Below are positions 31,054 to 41,011 of a DNA stretch of 64,000 nucleotides, piece by piece; the stretch's first letter is position 1; the number at the start of each line of letters is the position of its first letter. The DNA lies in the NCBI GenBank assembly GCA_018335035.1, contig JAGXKT010000001.1, forward strand, positions 192,048 to 256,047. The letters are read 5' to 3'. The translations under genes and the position numbers were made by a program. Source of the DNA: Phycisphaerae bacterium. GTDB lineage: Bacteria > Planctomycetota > Phycisphaerae > SM23-33. The notes beneath the pieces are model-generated. The model was not told the origin of the DNA, made no database searches, and worked only from the letters and a program-made list of their open reading frames with translations.

Positions 31054-33114
31054 GTGAGCGTAAGAGCGGTGATCATCGGGCTGGCTCTGGCCGTGGCGAT
31101 CGCGACCGTCGGCTACTACAACGATTCGGTCCTGAACATGACCGACCTGGTGGGCAATCATTTTCCCATCAGCGTGTTCGGCCTGCTCGCCCTGATGGCG
31201 ATCCTGTTCAATCCGCTTCTGCATCTTCTCGGACGGCGTCTGCCGTTGCGCCCGCGCGAGTTGGCGGTGATCGTCGCTCTGGCGCTGGTGGCGTGCAGCA
31301 TTCCGGGCAGCGGGCTGATGCGGACGTTCCTGTCGACGGTGGCGTTGCCCGCTCACTTCACCAACAACCGGCCGGGTTGGCGCGACCAGGAGCTTCTGGA
31401 ATACGCGCCGGATCGCATGCTCTTCGCCGACGGCGAATACAAGGAAGAGTGGATCTCGCGATTCATGACGGGCGCCAAGGCCGAGGGCGAGGGCTTCGGC
31501 CTGTCGGGCGTGTTCGACACCGAGAACGTCCCCTGGGGCGAATGGGCCGCAGCGCTGAGCACCTGGCTGCCGCTGATTGTCCTGACGGCCGTGTGCGTGA
31601 TCTGCTTGTCCTTGATCGTGCATTCCCAATGGGCCTACCGGGAGCGGCTGCGCTATCCGATTGCGCTGGTCGCCTCCACGATGATGGCGCGCGAGCCCGG
31701 CAGGGCGTTGGGGGGCATCTATCGTAACCGCGTGTTCTGGCTTGGCCTGGGGGCGGTCTTCTGCCTGCACGTGGTCAACGGACTGGCTTCGTTGTATCCG
31801 GACAAGATGATCCAGATCCCGTTGCAGTTCGATTTCACACAGATCACGCAGACCTGGCCGAAGCTCGGCTCGGCGCCCAAGTCGAGCTATCTTTTCAAGC
31901 CGCAGATCTACCTGACGGTCGTGGCCTTCGCATTCTTCCTGGCGGCGGACGTGAGCTTCTCGCTGGGCATCTCGCACATCCTGTTCGTGCTGGTGGGCGC
32001 GGCGCTGTACGTCGCGAACGTGCCGATTCGCGAGTCGTACATGATCAATGACACGCAGAACTACCAGTTGTTCGGGAGCTACCTGGGCATCGGCATTCTT
32101 CTGCTGTACATGGGGCGGCGATACTACTGGGATGTCCTGCGCGGCGCGCTGACCACACGAAGGAAAGGCGACACGGGCGCAGGAGCCGTCTGGGCGTGTC
32201 GCATTCTCATCGTGACCATGGTCGTCATGACCGTGATATTGAAAGCCCTCGGGCTGGACCTGCTGATGTCGCTGCTGGTGGTCTTCCTGATCCTGCTGAT
32301 GTTCCTGGTCATGGGGCGCATCAACGCCGAAACCGGGATGTTCTTCATCCAGCCCTACTGGCAGCCGGTCGGCATCCTCATCGGACTGTTCGGTATGGCC
32401 GCGCTGGGGCCGAACATCGTGATCATCGTTGCGCTGATCTGTACGGTGCTGACGGTGGACCCCCGCGAGTCCTTGATGCCGTTCATACTGAACGGGCTGA
32501 AGATGTGCGACGACAAGAAGCTGCGCCCCCCGCGCATCGCATGGGCGTCCGGCGCCGCATACGTCTTGGCGCTGGCGGCGGCCGTAATCTTCGTCTTCTG
32601 GGCCTCCTACAATCTCGGTGGTCCCAAAAAGGACGGCTGGGCCTTCAGCAGCGTGCCCAGATTGCCTCTGGAGACGACCAGCAAGGTCGTGACCGATCTG
32701 GAAGAGAAGCAGCAGCTCGAGGTGGCGGAGGGTTATAATTCCTGGGACCGGATCACCAATCTGAACCCCAAGCCGGAGTTTCTCTGGGCCGCGGGCATCG
32801 GGTTGGCGCTGGTCGCCGCGGCCGGGCTGCTGCGCCTGCGGTTTACCTGGTGGCCGCTGCATCCTGTGCTGTTCCTGGTCTGGGGTACCTACCCCATCGC
32901 GCACTTCTCACATTCGTTCCTGTTGGGGTGGTTTATCAAGGCGGGCGTGACGCACTTCGGGGGCGGGCGGGCGCATCGGAAGTTCGCGCCCTTGATGGTC
33001 GGCGTCATTGCCGGCGACCTGCTGGGCGGGCTGCTGTGGATGATCCACGGTGCCATCCACTACGCCAGGGTCGAACAACTGCTGGACAAGCCCTACATGG
33101 TCTTCCCCGCCTGA
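31054..33114 (+). CDS. Hypothetical large integral membrane protein (about 14 TM helices)
   Basis: 686 aa, hydrophobic throughout, GTG start. No recognisable family. Confidence 0.5.
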   Translation: MSVRAVIIGLALAVAIATVGYYNDSVLNMTDLVGNHFPISVFGLLALMAILFNPLLHLLGRRLPLRPRELAVIVALALVACSIPGSGLMRTFLSTVALPAHFTNNRPGWRDQELLEYAPDRMLFADGEYKEEWISRFMTGAKAEGEGFGLSGVFDTENVPWGEWAAALSTWLPLIVLTAVCVICLSLIVHSQWAYRERLRYPIALVASTMMAREPGRALGGIYRNRVFWLGLGAVFCLHVVNGLASLYPDKMIQIPLQFDFTQITQTWPKLGSAPKSSYLFKPQIYLTVVAFAFFLAADVSFSLGISHILFVLVGAALYVANVPIRESYMINDTQNYQLFGSYLGIGILLLYMGRRYYWDVLRGALTTRRKGDTGAGAVWACRILIVTMVVMTVILKALGLDLLMSLLVVFLILLMFLVMGRINAETGMFFIQPYWQPVGILIGLFGMAALGPNIVIIVALICTVLTVDPRESLMPFILNGLKMCDDKKLRPPRIAWASGAAYVLALAAAVIFVFWASYNLGGPKKDGWAFSSVPRLPLETTSKVVTDLEEKQQLEVAEGYNSWDRITNLNPKPEFLWAAGIGLALVAAAGLLRLRFTWWPLHPVLFLVWGTYPIAHFSHSFLLGWFIKAGVTHFGGGRAHRKFAPLMVGVIAGDLLGGLLWMIHGAIHYARVEQLLDKPYMVFPA

Positions 33115-33139
33115 GCGGCGCGCGATAAATTCGTGGCAT

Positions 33140-33224
33140 GGGCAGCACTGCCCGTATGGTCTCGCCCATGTGTGGCACGGGCATCCTGCCCGTGCCCTCA
33201 CGGCCGTGGGATGCCCGTACGGGC
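33140..33224. repeat. Cluster of three related palindromic hairpins sharing a TGCCCGT core
   Basis: gggcag-ca-ctgccc, cacgggca-tcc-tgcccgtg and the perfect 12-nt palindrome gcccgtacgggc. All lie in the spacer after the membrane-protein gene. Confidence 0.5.
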
Positions 33225-33406
33225 CACAATATGGACGCGCATCTCGCCTGAGTGGCTGCCGCTGCAACGGTTGCCCCGCGGGCCGTCCGCTCGCGCTGGG
33301 CCTTCGCCCGCAGGGCTTCGGCGGACACCTCGCTGGCGTCCGGGGCGCGTTCTCATCGCCGCTCAGTAAACAAGGACCGCCCTGGTGGTGGGCGGGCCTT
33401 GTTCAA

Positions 33407-33493
33407 CGGAGAGGGCGGGATTCGAACCCGCGGTACCCTTACGGGCACACGGCATTTCCAATGCCGCCCGATCAGCCACTCCGGCACCTCTCC
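33407..33493 (-). tRNA. tRNA-Ser (anticodon GGA)
   Basis: The reverse complement reads GGAGAGGTGCCGGAGTGG...CGGCA-TTGGAAA-TGCCG plus a long variable arm and GGGTTCGAATCCCGCCCTCTCCG. Confidence 0.85.
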
Positions 33494-33798
33494 GGTAGTT
33501 GGGACGTGCTAGCCGCCGGCCGGGGTGTGCCGCGGCCGGGCGCCCTACTATACCACGTGCCGCCGCGGAGACAAGCCGCCTCCATGGCGCGCCATCGACG
33601 CGGCGCCGGCATGCGGCATTGGCCGGTTTTCCGCATATTTCGCTTGATTCGCCGCGTCGTGCGGTGCAGGATACATCGCGACATGTCGGGCCGCGTAGGT
33701 CCGAGACGGCCAGGCGTGCGGTTGCAGAGCACCGCTCGCGACGCCCGCCGGCTGCTGGAGTTTTCGGTTGCTAGGTCTTGCAGGGAAGGAGCACGAAC

Positions 33799-34095
33799 AT
33801 GGCCGCGACGAAGAAACCGATGACGCAGACGCAAATTATGGGCGAGTTGGCCGAACGGTGCGACATGAAGCGCAAGGAGGTCAAGCAGGTCGTACAGGAA
33901 CTGGTCCAGATGGCGTATGAGAACGCGGACCCCGGCTTCAAGATCCCCGGGCTTGGCAAGTTGGTGCTGGTGCATCGCAAGGCACGCATGGGACGCAACC
34001 CCATGACGGGCGAACCCATCCAGATCCCCGCCAAGACCGTCCTGAAGTTCCGGATCGCCAAGGCCGCCAAGGAGGCCTGCGAACCCGGTAAGTAG
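33799..34095 (+). CDS. hup: HU/IHF-family nucleoid-associated DNA-binding protein
   Basis: About 98 aa with MTQTQIMGELAE, the arm GFKIPGLGKL and RNPMTGEPIQIPAK. AAGGAG lies 8 nt upstream. Confidence 0.8.
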   Translation: MAATKKPMTQTQIMGELAERCDMKRKEVKQVVQELVQMAYENADPGFKIPGLGKLVLVHRKARMGRNPMTGEPIQIPAKTVLKFRIAKAAKEACEPGK

Positions 34096-34194
34096 CGCAC
34101 CAATAGCCGCTTATTCCATTTGTGTCGAGGCCCGCGATCCACGCTCCTGCCTGCCGGCAGGCCGATCGGTCGCGGGCTTCTGCATTCGTGGCAC

Positions 34195-35598
34195 TCAGGC
34201 GTAGTCCGGCAAGAGGTCGCGGTGGGCCTCCAGCAGTTCGTCGCACAGGCGGCGGATCTCGTCGAGCGTCAACTCCGCGGCCGTGTGGGGGTCCAGCATC
34301 GCCGCCTGGTAGACGTGTTCGCGCTTCCGGGTCAGGGCGGCGTGAATCGTCAAGAGCTGGACGTTGATGCTCGTGCGATTCATGGCGGCACATTGCGGCG
34401 GCAGGGCGCCATGGTGACACGGCGTGACGCCGTTGCGATCGGCCAGGCACGCAACCTCCACGCACGCATCGGTCGGGAGATTCTCGATCAGACCGGTGTT
34501 GAGCACGTTGCCCGCGAAGCGATACGGTCGGTCGGTTTCCATCGCCGCCATAATCTCCGCGGCGTATTCATTCGTTTGCGTGTGCGTCAGCTCGTCGGAC
34601 AGCAATTCCTCGCGCTGTTTGGGCCAGCGCTCCATGAGCCGCCGACACCGTGCGAGGTACTCATCCAGCGGGATGTTGAACTGCTCGATCAACTCCGGAT
34701 GCGAGGACTTGATGAACCAGGGCACGTACTCGGCCGTGTGCTCGCTGCTCTCGGTCAGGTAGTAGCCGAAGTATCGCATCACCTCCAGGCGCACGAGGTC
34801 GCCCGCCACGGACGCTTCGGGAATCGTCGAGCCGTCGTGCTTCATCTGCTGGTCGATCGTGTCCAGCACGGCCCGCACGCCGCGGCGGCGGACCTGTTCG
34901 ATGCGTTCGGCCGCGCGGCGCTTGATCTCGGGGTAGAGGTCCTTGCCGCCGTCCGTGATCTCCAGCAGCCACCCCTGGTGGTTGATGCCGGCGACCTTCC
35001 ACTGGAGCTTGTCGACCTCGTCGGTCATGCCGACCGCGCCCAGAAGCGCCTTGGCGCAGCCCTGAACACTGTGGCAGAGCCCGACGGCGCGGACGTCGCT
35101 GGCGCGAAGCACCGCGCCGGTAATCATGGCCATGGGGTTGGTGTAGTTCAGCAGCCAGGCGCTCGGGCAGAGGCGTTCCATGTCCCGCGCGAAGTCCAGC
35201 ACCACGGGAATTGTCCGCAGCGCCCGGAAGATGCCGCCGATGCCCAGCGTGTCGCCGATCGTCTGCCGCAGGCCGTACTTCTTTGGAATCTCGAAGTCGC
35301 GCAGCGTCCCCGGGTCGTATCCGCCGACCTGGACGGCGTTGACGACGTAGTCGGCGTCGCGCAGTGCGTCGGCGCGCTGATCCGGGCCGCAGTGGACGGA
35401 GATCGTCGCCCGCCCGTCGTTGATCGTGGCGTTGAGCCGGTCCAGAACGGTTTGCGCGTCGTCGAGGCGGTAGGCGTCGATGTCGTACAACGCGATGTGC
35501 GCGTCGTGCAGCGCGTCGCAGAGCATCGCGTCGCCCAGGACGTTCTTGGCGAACGCGGCGCTGCCGGCTCCCAGAAAGGCAATCTTCGGCATCGGCAT
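34195..35598 (-). CDS. Glycoside hydrolase family 4 (NAD+/Mn2+-dependent alpha-glycosidase, e.g. alpha-galacturonidase/alpha-glucuronidase type)
   Basis: N-terminal Rossmann KIAFLGAGSAAF. GH4 length and motif layout, including the CHSVQG Cys-His segment. Confidence 0.75.
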   Translation of the reverse strand: MPMPKIAFLGAGSAAFAKNVLGDAMLCDALHDAHIALYDIDAYRLDDAQTVLDRLNATINDGRATISVHCGPDQRADALRDADYVVNAVQVGGYDPGTLRDFEIPKKYGLRQTIGDTLGIGGIFRALRTIPVVLDFARDMERLCPSAWLLNYTNPMAMITGAVLRASDVRAVGLCHSVQGCAKALLGAVGMTDEVDKLQWKVAGINHQGWLLEITDGGKDLYPEIKRRAAERIEQVRRRGVRAVLDTIDQQMKHDGSTIPEASVAGDLVRLEVMRYFGYYLTESSEHTAEYVPWFIKSSHPELIEQFNIPLDEYLARCRRLMERWPKQREELLSDELTHTQTNEYAAEIMAAMETDRPYRFAGNVLNTGLIENLPTDACVEVACLADRNGVTPCHHGALPPQCAAMNRTSINVQLLTIHAALTRKREHVYQAAMLDPHTAAELTLDEIRRLCDELLEAHRDLLPDYA

Positions 35599-35646
35599 GT
35601 CCCTTTGGCGGCCGCACGCCGCCGCGCTCAGCGGGCGGGTCTGGCG

Positions 35647-36882
35647 TTACACGCCCAGCTCCGAAAGGACCTTGTGGCAGTCGTCGAGGTGGCCGGTGAC
35701 CCACTGCTTGTTGAACGGGTGGACCTTGTCCGGCGGGGGGGGCCAGCGCCCATCGGAATTGGCCGCGCAGGTCAGGTGGAACCACGCCTGGCGGATTTTC
35801 TGGCGCTCGGCATCGGCGTGGGCGCTCTGCTCGGCCTTGTGGATCCGTTCGCGGAGCACGTCGATCTGCGGGTCGAACTCCAAGCTCTCCGGCGTCTCGC
35901 GCCAGGCGGTGGACCACGCCCGGTGCCAGGCCAGGTCGTCCTCGCAGTAGTATTGTTCGTCCAAGGGGGGCAGGTCGTTGCAGATGTGATCGAACGTCAC
36001 GAGCGTCCCGCCGGCCTGCTCGATCGCGCGGAGGAAGTGGCAGAGTTTCTCCCTGGCATCGGGCATCTTCTCGAAGACGCGCTCGGGCTGATTGTGGTAC
36101 TTCAGGAAGAACCACCCGCTGGTGCCGATGTACTCGGCGTCCTCGGCGAAGACGATCAGCGCGCCCTGGTGGTCGGCGTCGATCTCGGCCGAGTGTTTGC
36201 GAATCGGCTCGATGTACGCGTCGAAATCGTACATGCCCATCAGCCATCGCAGGGCGGGCTGGCAGATACGGTCCGTCCGGGCGAAGCCGTTGAGCCCCGG
36301 GACCACGTCCTTGAACGGGAACCGCAGCGCCCGCTCGGTCCCGTCGATCTCGTACCACGGCAGGTCCAGCCCGTAGCAGGCGTGTTTGTCCGGGTTGTAC
36401 TCAACCTCGCGCACGGCGTCCCGCGTGGACAGGGCGTAGGCGTCGAAGTCCAGCGTGATCTGCTTGAAGCCCGTGTCGGCGAAGGTCTGCGGCACGTAGC
36501 TCCGCCAGCCGCATTCCGGGTTCCATCCGCTGACCAGCCGCCGCCCCAGATGCCGCTCGTAGGCCTCCTGGCTGAACGTCAACGCCCAGGCGTCGTCCTC
36601 GGCCGGAAAGTTCGGCATCATCAGGTGGGCGTATGGCGAGCCCATCGGCTCGCATTGTCCGCTGTCAATCGCCGCTTTCAGCTTGGCCAGCACGTCCGGA
36701 CACAACTCGGCGATGCGGTCGATGGTGAACCCGGACGCCTCGAAGACGAACTTCATGTGGCCGAATTCCTCGCGCATCGTGTCGAGGATCAGCTCGTAGC
36801 TCTCGCGAATGACGAATTCGTACTGCTCCGGCAGCAGGTAGGCGTAGTTCAGATTTGCGTGAAAGATGCAGCAGTATTCCAT
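35647..36882 (-). CDS. Glycoside hydrolase family 57-like protein
   Basis: The N-terminal pattern CIFHANLNY...MKFVFEASG...DFDAY parallels GH57 FGIHNHQP...MKVAIHTSG...VDDYHF. GGAG lies 10 nt upstream of the internal ATG at 36882. Confidence 0.55.
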   Translation of the reverse strand: MEYCCIFHANLNYAYLLPEQYEFVIRESYELILDTMREEFGHMKFVFEASGFTIDRIAELCPDVLAKLKAAIDSGQCEPMGSPYAHLMMPNFPAEDDAWALTFSQEAYERHLGRRLVSGWNPECGWRSYVPQTFADTGFKQITLDFDAYALSTRDAVREVEYNPDKHACYGLDLPWYEIDGTERALRFPFKDVVPGLNGFARTDRICQPALRWLMGMYDFDAYIEPIRKHSAEIDADHQGALIVFAEDAEYIGTSGWFFLKYHNQPERVFEKMPDAREKLCHFLRAIEQAGGTLVTFDHICNDLPPLDEQYYCEDDLAWHRAWSTAWRETPESLEFDPQIDVLRERIHKAEQSAHADAERQKIRQAWFHLTCAANSDGRWPPPPDKVHPFNKQWVTGHLDDCHKVLSELGV

Positions 36883-37050
36883 GGGCTTTACTCCGTGGGC
36901 ATCTCGCCCGCCTGCGACGGCGGCCGCGTGACGCGCGCCGTCGCGGCGGCTCCGAGCCGCCCATCCTACCGGCCCGCGCGGGCGATGCAACGGCAAAGCA
37001 TGCGGGCGGCTCGCACGGCAGGCCGCCTTGCCGCGGGCCTTGGGGGCGGC

Positions 37051-38388
37051 TTACGATGTTGTCACCAGCGCCGCCCAGTAGCCGGTCTCGCGCGGCGTGA
37101 CGAGGCGGACGCGCCCGTCCTCCGGTTCGGCCTGCTGCGCCGGCTGCCACGCGCACGCCGGGATCTCCAGCCACCGCACGGACAGCGGGGCGTCGCCCGC
37201 CGCGGCCGAGACGTCCAGCTTGAGGTCGCCGCCGTCGGTGAAGAACACGGCGTATTCGGCGCCCGGATTGGCCGTGCAGTAGGCCTCGTTCCAGCTTCGC
37301 CGTTCGAGCAGCTCGTTGCTCGGGCGGCAGGTCGTGATGTCCATCTCACTCAGCAGCATCCGCATGGAGCGGATGTGGCGCCGGGCGGTCTGCGAGAGCC
37401 CCAGACCGCTGGCCGGACGGTGGAACCGCGTGCCGGCCAGGCCGCCGAGGATGTTGCGCCAGAAGCGTTCCTGTCCGTCGCGCCCGTTGCCGTAGGCGCC
37501 CGTGTTCGCGCCGTAGATCTTGACGGTGTTGATGGGGCGGACGTGTCCGCTGTCGGCGATCTGCCGGCGGAACCACTGCATGTTGTCCCAGTGGCGCGAG
37601 GCGGGGGAGTGGTTGTTCTGCGAGATGTCGCAGAAGCTGTACGTTTCCGGGTGCTTCCAGGTGCTCTCGTGCTCGGGCATGGTGATGTCGTGTGCGTCCC
37701 ACATCTCGGTCGTGTGGACGTCCACGCCGGCCTCGCTTGCCCGCTGCGCGATGTACTGGGACCAGTACGCGCTCCAGGCCGGATCGCCGCACGTCTCGTT
37801 GTCCATGCAGTACAGCGCGTTGCCGTACGGCAGCGATCGGCGCAAGAGCTCGTCGACCTGGGCCTGCTGGTAGCCCAGCACGAGTTGATTGTCGTCCAGG
37901 TCGGGAACCGTGTAGAAAAAGCGGCTCTCGTTGTGGGCCGGGTGCGTGTCGATCCGCTCGACGAGCCGGGACTGGGCGGGCGTGTAGTTTCTGTTGTTCT
38001 TGGGGTTGTAGGGGTTCGCCTGCCAGGGACGGCGGGCGTAGTCGAACCGGTCCCACAGCTCGATCTGGAAGATCACGTCGCGCTCGGCCGTCAGCTCGCA
38101 GAACCGCTCGAACCGCCCCCAGTACTCGCGCCCGGGCGTGTTCAGGTCGTACAGGCCCGTCGCCTCGTCGCGCTCGAAGGGTTGGGCGTCGCCGTCGTCC
38201 CGGCTGGACATTGTGCAGCGAACGTAGTTGCCGCCGCAGGCGACGAGCGTGTCGAGCTGTTCGACGACGTCGGGCACCTGGAAGAGGTTGTCCTCCACGC
38301 TTCCGCCGAGCAGAACGACCGGCGCGCCTTTGTACTGCCAGTAGAACGGGTTCGCCTCGTACGGGCGGATGCGATCCGGATCGGCCAT
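37051..38388 (-). CDS. Clan GH-A (GH5/DUF4038-like) TIM-barrel glycoside hydrolase
   Basis: The conserved ...LYCMDNET segment matches the clan GH-A acid/base NE motif. About 445 aa; no signal peptide. Confidence 0.5.
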   Translation of the reverse strand: MADPDRIRPYEANPFYWQYKGAPVVLLGGSVEDNLFQVPDVVEQLDTLVACGGNYVRCTMSSRDDGDAQPFERDEATGLYDLNTPGREYWGRFERFCELTAERDVIFQIELWDRFDYARRPWQANPYNPKNNRNYTPAQSRLVERIDTHPAHNESRFFYTVPDLDDNQLVLGYQQAQVDELLRRSLPYGNALYCMDNETCGDPAWSAYWSQYIAQRASEAGVDVHTTEMWDAHDITMPEHESTWKHPETYSFCDISQNNHSPASRHWDNMQWFRRQIADSGHVRPINTVKIYGANTGAYGNGRDGQERFWRNILGGLAGTRFHRPASGLGLSQTARRHIRSMRMLLSEMDITTCRPSNELLERRSWNEAYCTANPGAEYAVFFTDGGDLKLDVSAAAGDAPLSVRWLEIPACAWQPAQQAEPEDGRVRLVTPRETGYWAALVTTS

Positions 38389-38745
38389 GGTGTCGTCCTT
38401 TCGTGGCGGCCTGCGCGGGGCGTCTTCCGGCGTGTTGCCCCCGACACCATACCGCCTCGATGGCTGATCGCAAGCTTCCCGGCCCGGCCGGGCGGTCCCG
38501 GATGTGCGTGTCAGTGTCTCAACACGTCAGGCGGGATGGGCTGCTTGTCGCTGTCCCGGCCTTGCGAATGGACTGCCAAGCCCGCTCCGGTCAACACCGT
38601 CAGCAACAGCACGGCCAGTGTCAGGGCCGTTCGATCCCATCGCATCGTCGATTGGGTCCCTTGTGAGGGCAGTAATCTCGCCCTCTCGAAACACGCGTCG
38701 TTGCGGAAAGTGTCGCTCGCATCAAGCCCGATGGACCTGGGGGTG

Positions 38746-38783
38746 ACAAAAGGCGGCGAGCCCTTCCCTCGGGGGAAGGGCTC
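38746..38783 (-). terminator. Rho-independent terminator for PEP-CTERM gene 38928-39749
   Basis: gagcccttccc-tcgg-gggaagggctc forms an 11-bp perfect stem. On the minus strand it is followed by CUUUUGU. Confidence 0.55.
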
Positions 38784-38927
38784 GTCTGGACTGCCCTTCG
38801 GGACGCGGCGGGTGGTCTTCGCGTGCGTCCGGCAGTGTCGTCGACCGGCTCGCACGGAGCAGATGTCCGATCCGGGCCCGGCGCAATCAGTTATCGTCTA
38901 CGCTCGCAGGCGAATGCCATACGGGGT

Positions 38928-39749
38928 TCAGCTTTGGCTGCGTCTGCGCTTCAATAGGACGCCCACGCCGCCGAGGCCCAGCAGCACCAGCGCCGTCGGT
39001 TCGGGAACGGTCGCCGAGCCGAACGGCGACTCGTTGCCGAGGTAGATATTGTCTACGTCCATCACGGGGTTTATGTCGCGGTAGTTGGCGTTCCCGAGGC
39101 GCAGACGAATGTTGTCGATGCCGCTCTGATCGCCGGCATCGTCATCAATAGCGTTGGGCGTATTCTCCGCTTCCGTCTTCGTCAGGTCCGGGTTGACCCA
39201 CATGGTGAGCCCCGCCCCGTCGTAATGGGCGACGAGCAGCGCCGGCGTCTCGGTGTCGATAGCCGTGTCACTGTCGACGTCGCCTCCGGCGCCGAACATG
39301 CCGTAGTTGCTATGGTCCCAAGCGTGGCCTATGCCGAACAACTCGGTACCGCCCCTGTACAACTGGAGCCCGGCCCAACCCTCCGTCGTGCTGTGGCGGA
39401 CGATCCCCGCCAGCCACCAGCCGTCGTCGCTGACGCCCTCGACGTCCAGGCGGGCGTAGGTGCCCCAGTTGCCACCGGTGCCGTTTGTGACCGAAACGTA
39501 GGGGCTGGCGGAGGTTTCCGAGCCGGCCGTGCCGAGATCGCCGCCCACAACCATGGCTGTGCCGTCGTTTCCACCATCGTCAAAACTCCACGTGGCGCCG
39601 GCTGCAGCACTGACGCCACCGGAGGCGGTCCAGGCCGACTGCCCGGTGAGGTCGCCGATGGCGTAGCCGCTGAAGTCAACGTCGACTGCCAGGGCCTGAC
39701 CGGCTACACACAGGACGACACACGCTGTCAGAATTCCAAATTGCCTCAT
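38928..39749 (-). CDS. PEP-CTERM sorting-domain secreted protein
   Basis: Signal peptide MRQFGILTACVVLCVAGQALA. The C-terminus is VPEPTALVLLGLGGVGVLLKRRRS. GGAGGAG RBS. Confidence 0.7.
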   Translation of the reverse strand: MRQFGILTACVVLCVAGQALAVDVDFSGYAIGDLTGQSAWTASGGVSAAAGATWSFDDGGNDGTAMVVGGDLGTAGSETSASPYVSVTNGTGGNWGTYARLDVEGVSDDGWWLAGIVRHSTTEGWAGLQLYRGGTELFGIGHAWDHSNYGMFGAGGDVDSDTAIDTETPALLVAHYDGAGLTMWVNPDLTKTEAENTPNAIDDDAGDQSGIDNIRLRLGNANYRDINPVMDVDNIYLGNESPFGSATVPEPTALVLLGLGGVGVLLKRRRSQS

Positions 39750-39883
39750 CGTACTGCTCCTCCAAAGAGAGCATCTCCTGATTTCCTGTGGCGACCGCGT
39801 CGCCGTTTCATTCATTCGTTGGACAGCCGGCCGCGCGGACCGGGCTGCTCCGCCGGCCCGCGTCCGACCATGTCAGTCGTTCC

Positions 39884-40648
39884 TTACGCCCTCCGGCGGC
39901 GGATCAGAGCCCCCACGCCACCGAGCCCCAGCAGCACCAGCGTCATCGGCTCGGGCACGGCCTGGGCAGAGACGATCTGGAGACCGGCGAAGCCGGCCTT
40001 CCAACCGGCGCCGTTATTGCTGACCGTAATGCTCGCGCTGCTGCTGGTCAGGCCGCTGAACTTCACATACGTGCCTTCGCCGATGACAGCCGCCTCGCTT
40101 GTGGCGGTCGATTCCGTGTGGATATCATCGAAGCCGCCCTGGTTGAGATACTTCGTCGTCATGCCGTCCGTCACCGAAATGATGTCATCGGTGGCGTGAC
40201 GCCGCACATCAGCCAGGTAGACGATGATGTCATAGGTGCCGTAGGGGACGCTCGACAGCGTAACCGTGCCCGTGGCATCAGCGCCGCCGCCCATCTGGCA
40301 GACGCCGCTGAGAAGTCTCTGGTCGCCATTGGCCGTCCCTGTCTCATTGGCCCCAGTCGGGTTACTCATCGACCAATTCACACTCAGCGTGGTGTCTTTG
40401 CCGGCATCGTCGATGTACGTTTCGGAATCCTTTGCATCCCAACTGGTACCGGACCACTCCACGAGACCGCTATGCTGGCGGTCCCAGTTGTTCCATTTGG
40501 CTTGCGCGTATGCGCCGGCCGTCTCGTCGGGGAGCACGCCGTAGCCGCCGTATCCGTCGTTAAAGAAGTTGATGCCGATCAAGCCCGCTTGGGCCGTACC
40601 GGTCGCCAGAGATGCCACGCACACTGTCACAATCGTGAGATGCTTCAC
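39884..40648 (-). CDS. PEP-CTERM sorting-domain secreted protein
   Basis: GTG start with GAGGAG 7 nt upstream. Signal peptide VKHLTIVTVCVASLATGTAQA. The C-terminus is VPEPMTLVLLGLGGVGALIRRRRA. Confidence 0.7.
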   Translation of the reverse strand: MKHLTIVTVCVASLATGTAQAGLIGINFFNDGYGGYGVLPDETAGAYAQAKWNNWDRQHSGLVEWSGTSWDAKDSETYIDDAGKDTTLSVNWSMSNPTGANETGTANGDQRLLSGVCQMGGGADATGTVTLSSVPYGTYDIIVYLADVRRHATDDIISVTDGMTTKYLNQGGFDDIHTESTATSEAAVIGEGTYVKFSGLTSSSASITVSNNGAGWKAGFAGLQIVSAQAVPEPMTLVLLGLGGVGALIRRRRA

Positions 40649-41011
40649 GGTCTTTCTCCTCGTTTGGAGATCCTCGCATCTTGTCTTCGTTGCCTTGCGG
40701 CTCGTCCATGCGAGCCGCCGGCGGTTTGCCTCGTGGGCTCGTACCGTGCTCCGATACAACCGTACGATATGAATGCCTACCTAGACCAAAGACCCTATAT
40801 GTATTTTTCGCGGGGCTCGCGCGGACTTGTCCGGGGGGAAATGTGGCGTTTTCCGGGGGAAAACGGCGCCTACGCTACGGGCACGCGGCGCGACCGGGCG
40901 GGGCGTCGCCGTGCTTCGGTCGTTACGACGTGCTTTGACGGACGTTTTCGGCGTCTGTCGGGGTGGCGATGTCGGTGCGTTGGCGCCTCGGCGTGGCCCG
41001 GCCGTCGCGCC

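Noticed and set aside
34120-39045. 1641-aa open reading frame on the + strand spanning 4.9 kb
   Set aside because: It is antisense to three well-supported minus-strand genes (GH4, GH57-like, GH-A hydrolase), each with its own RBS. Its translation is the Arg/Gly/Ala/Val-rich pattern typical of antisense frames in 68% GC DNA, and it continues through the intergenic gaps. I treat it as a stop-codon-poor shadow ORF.
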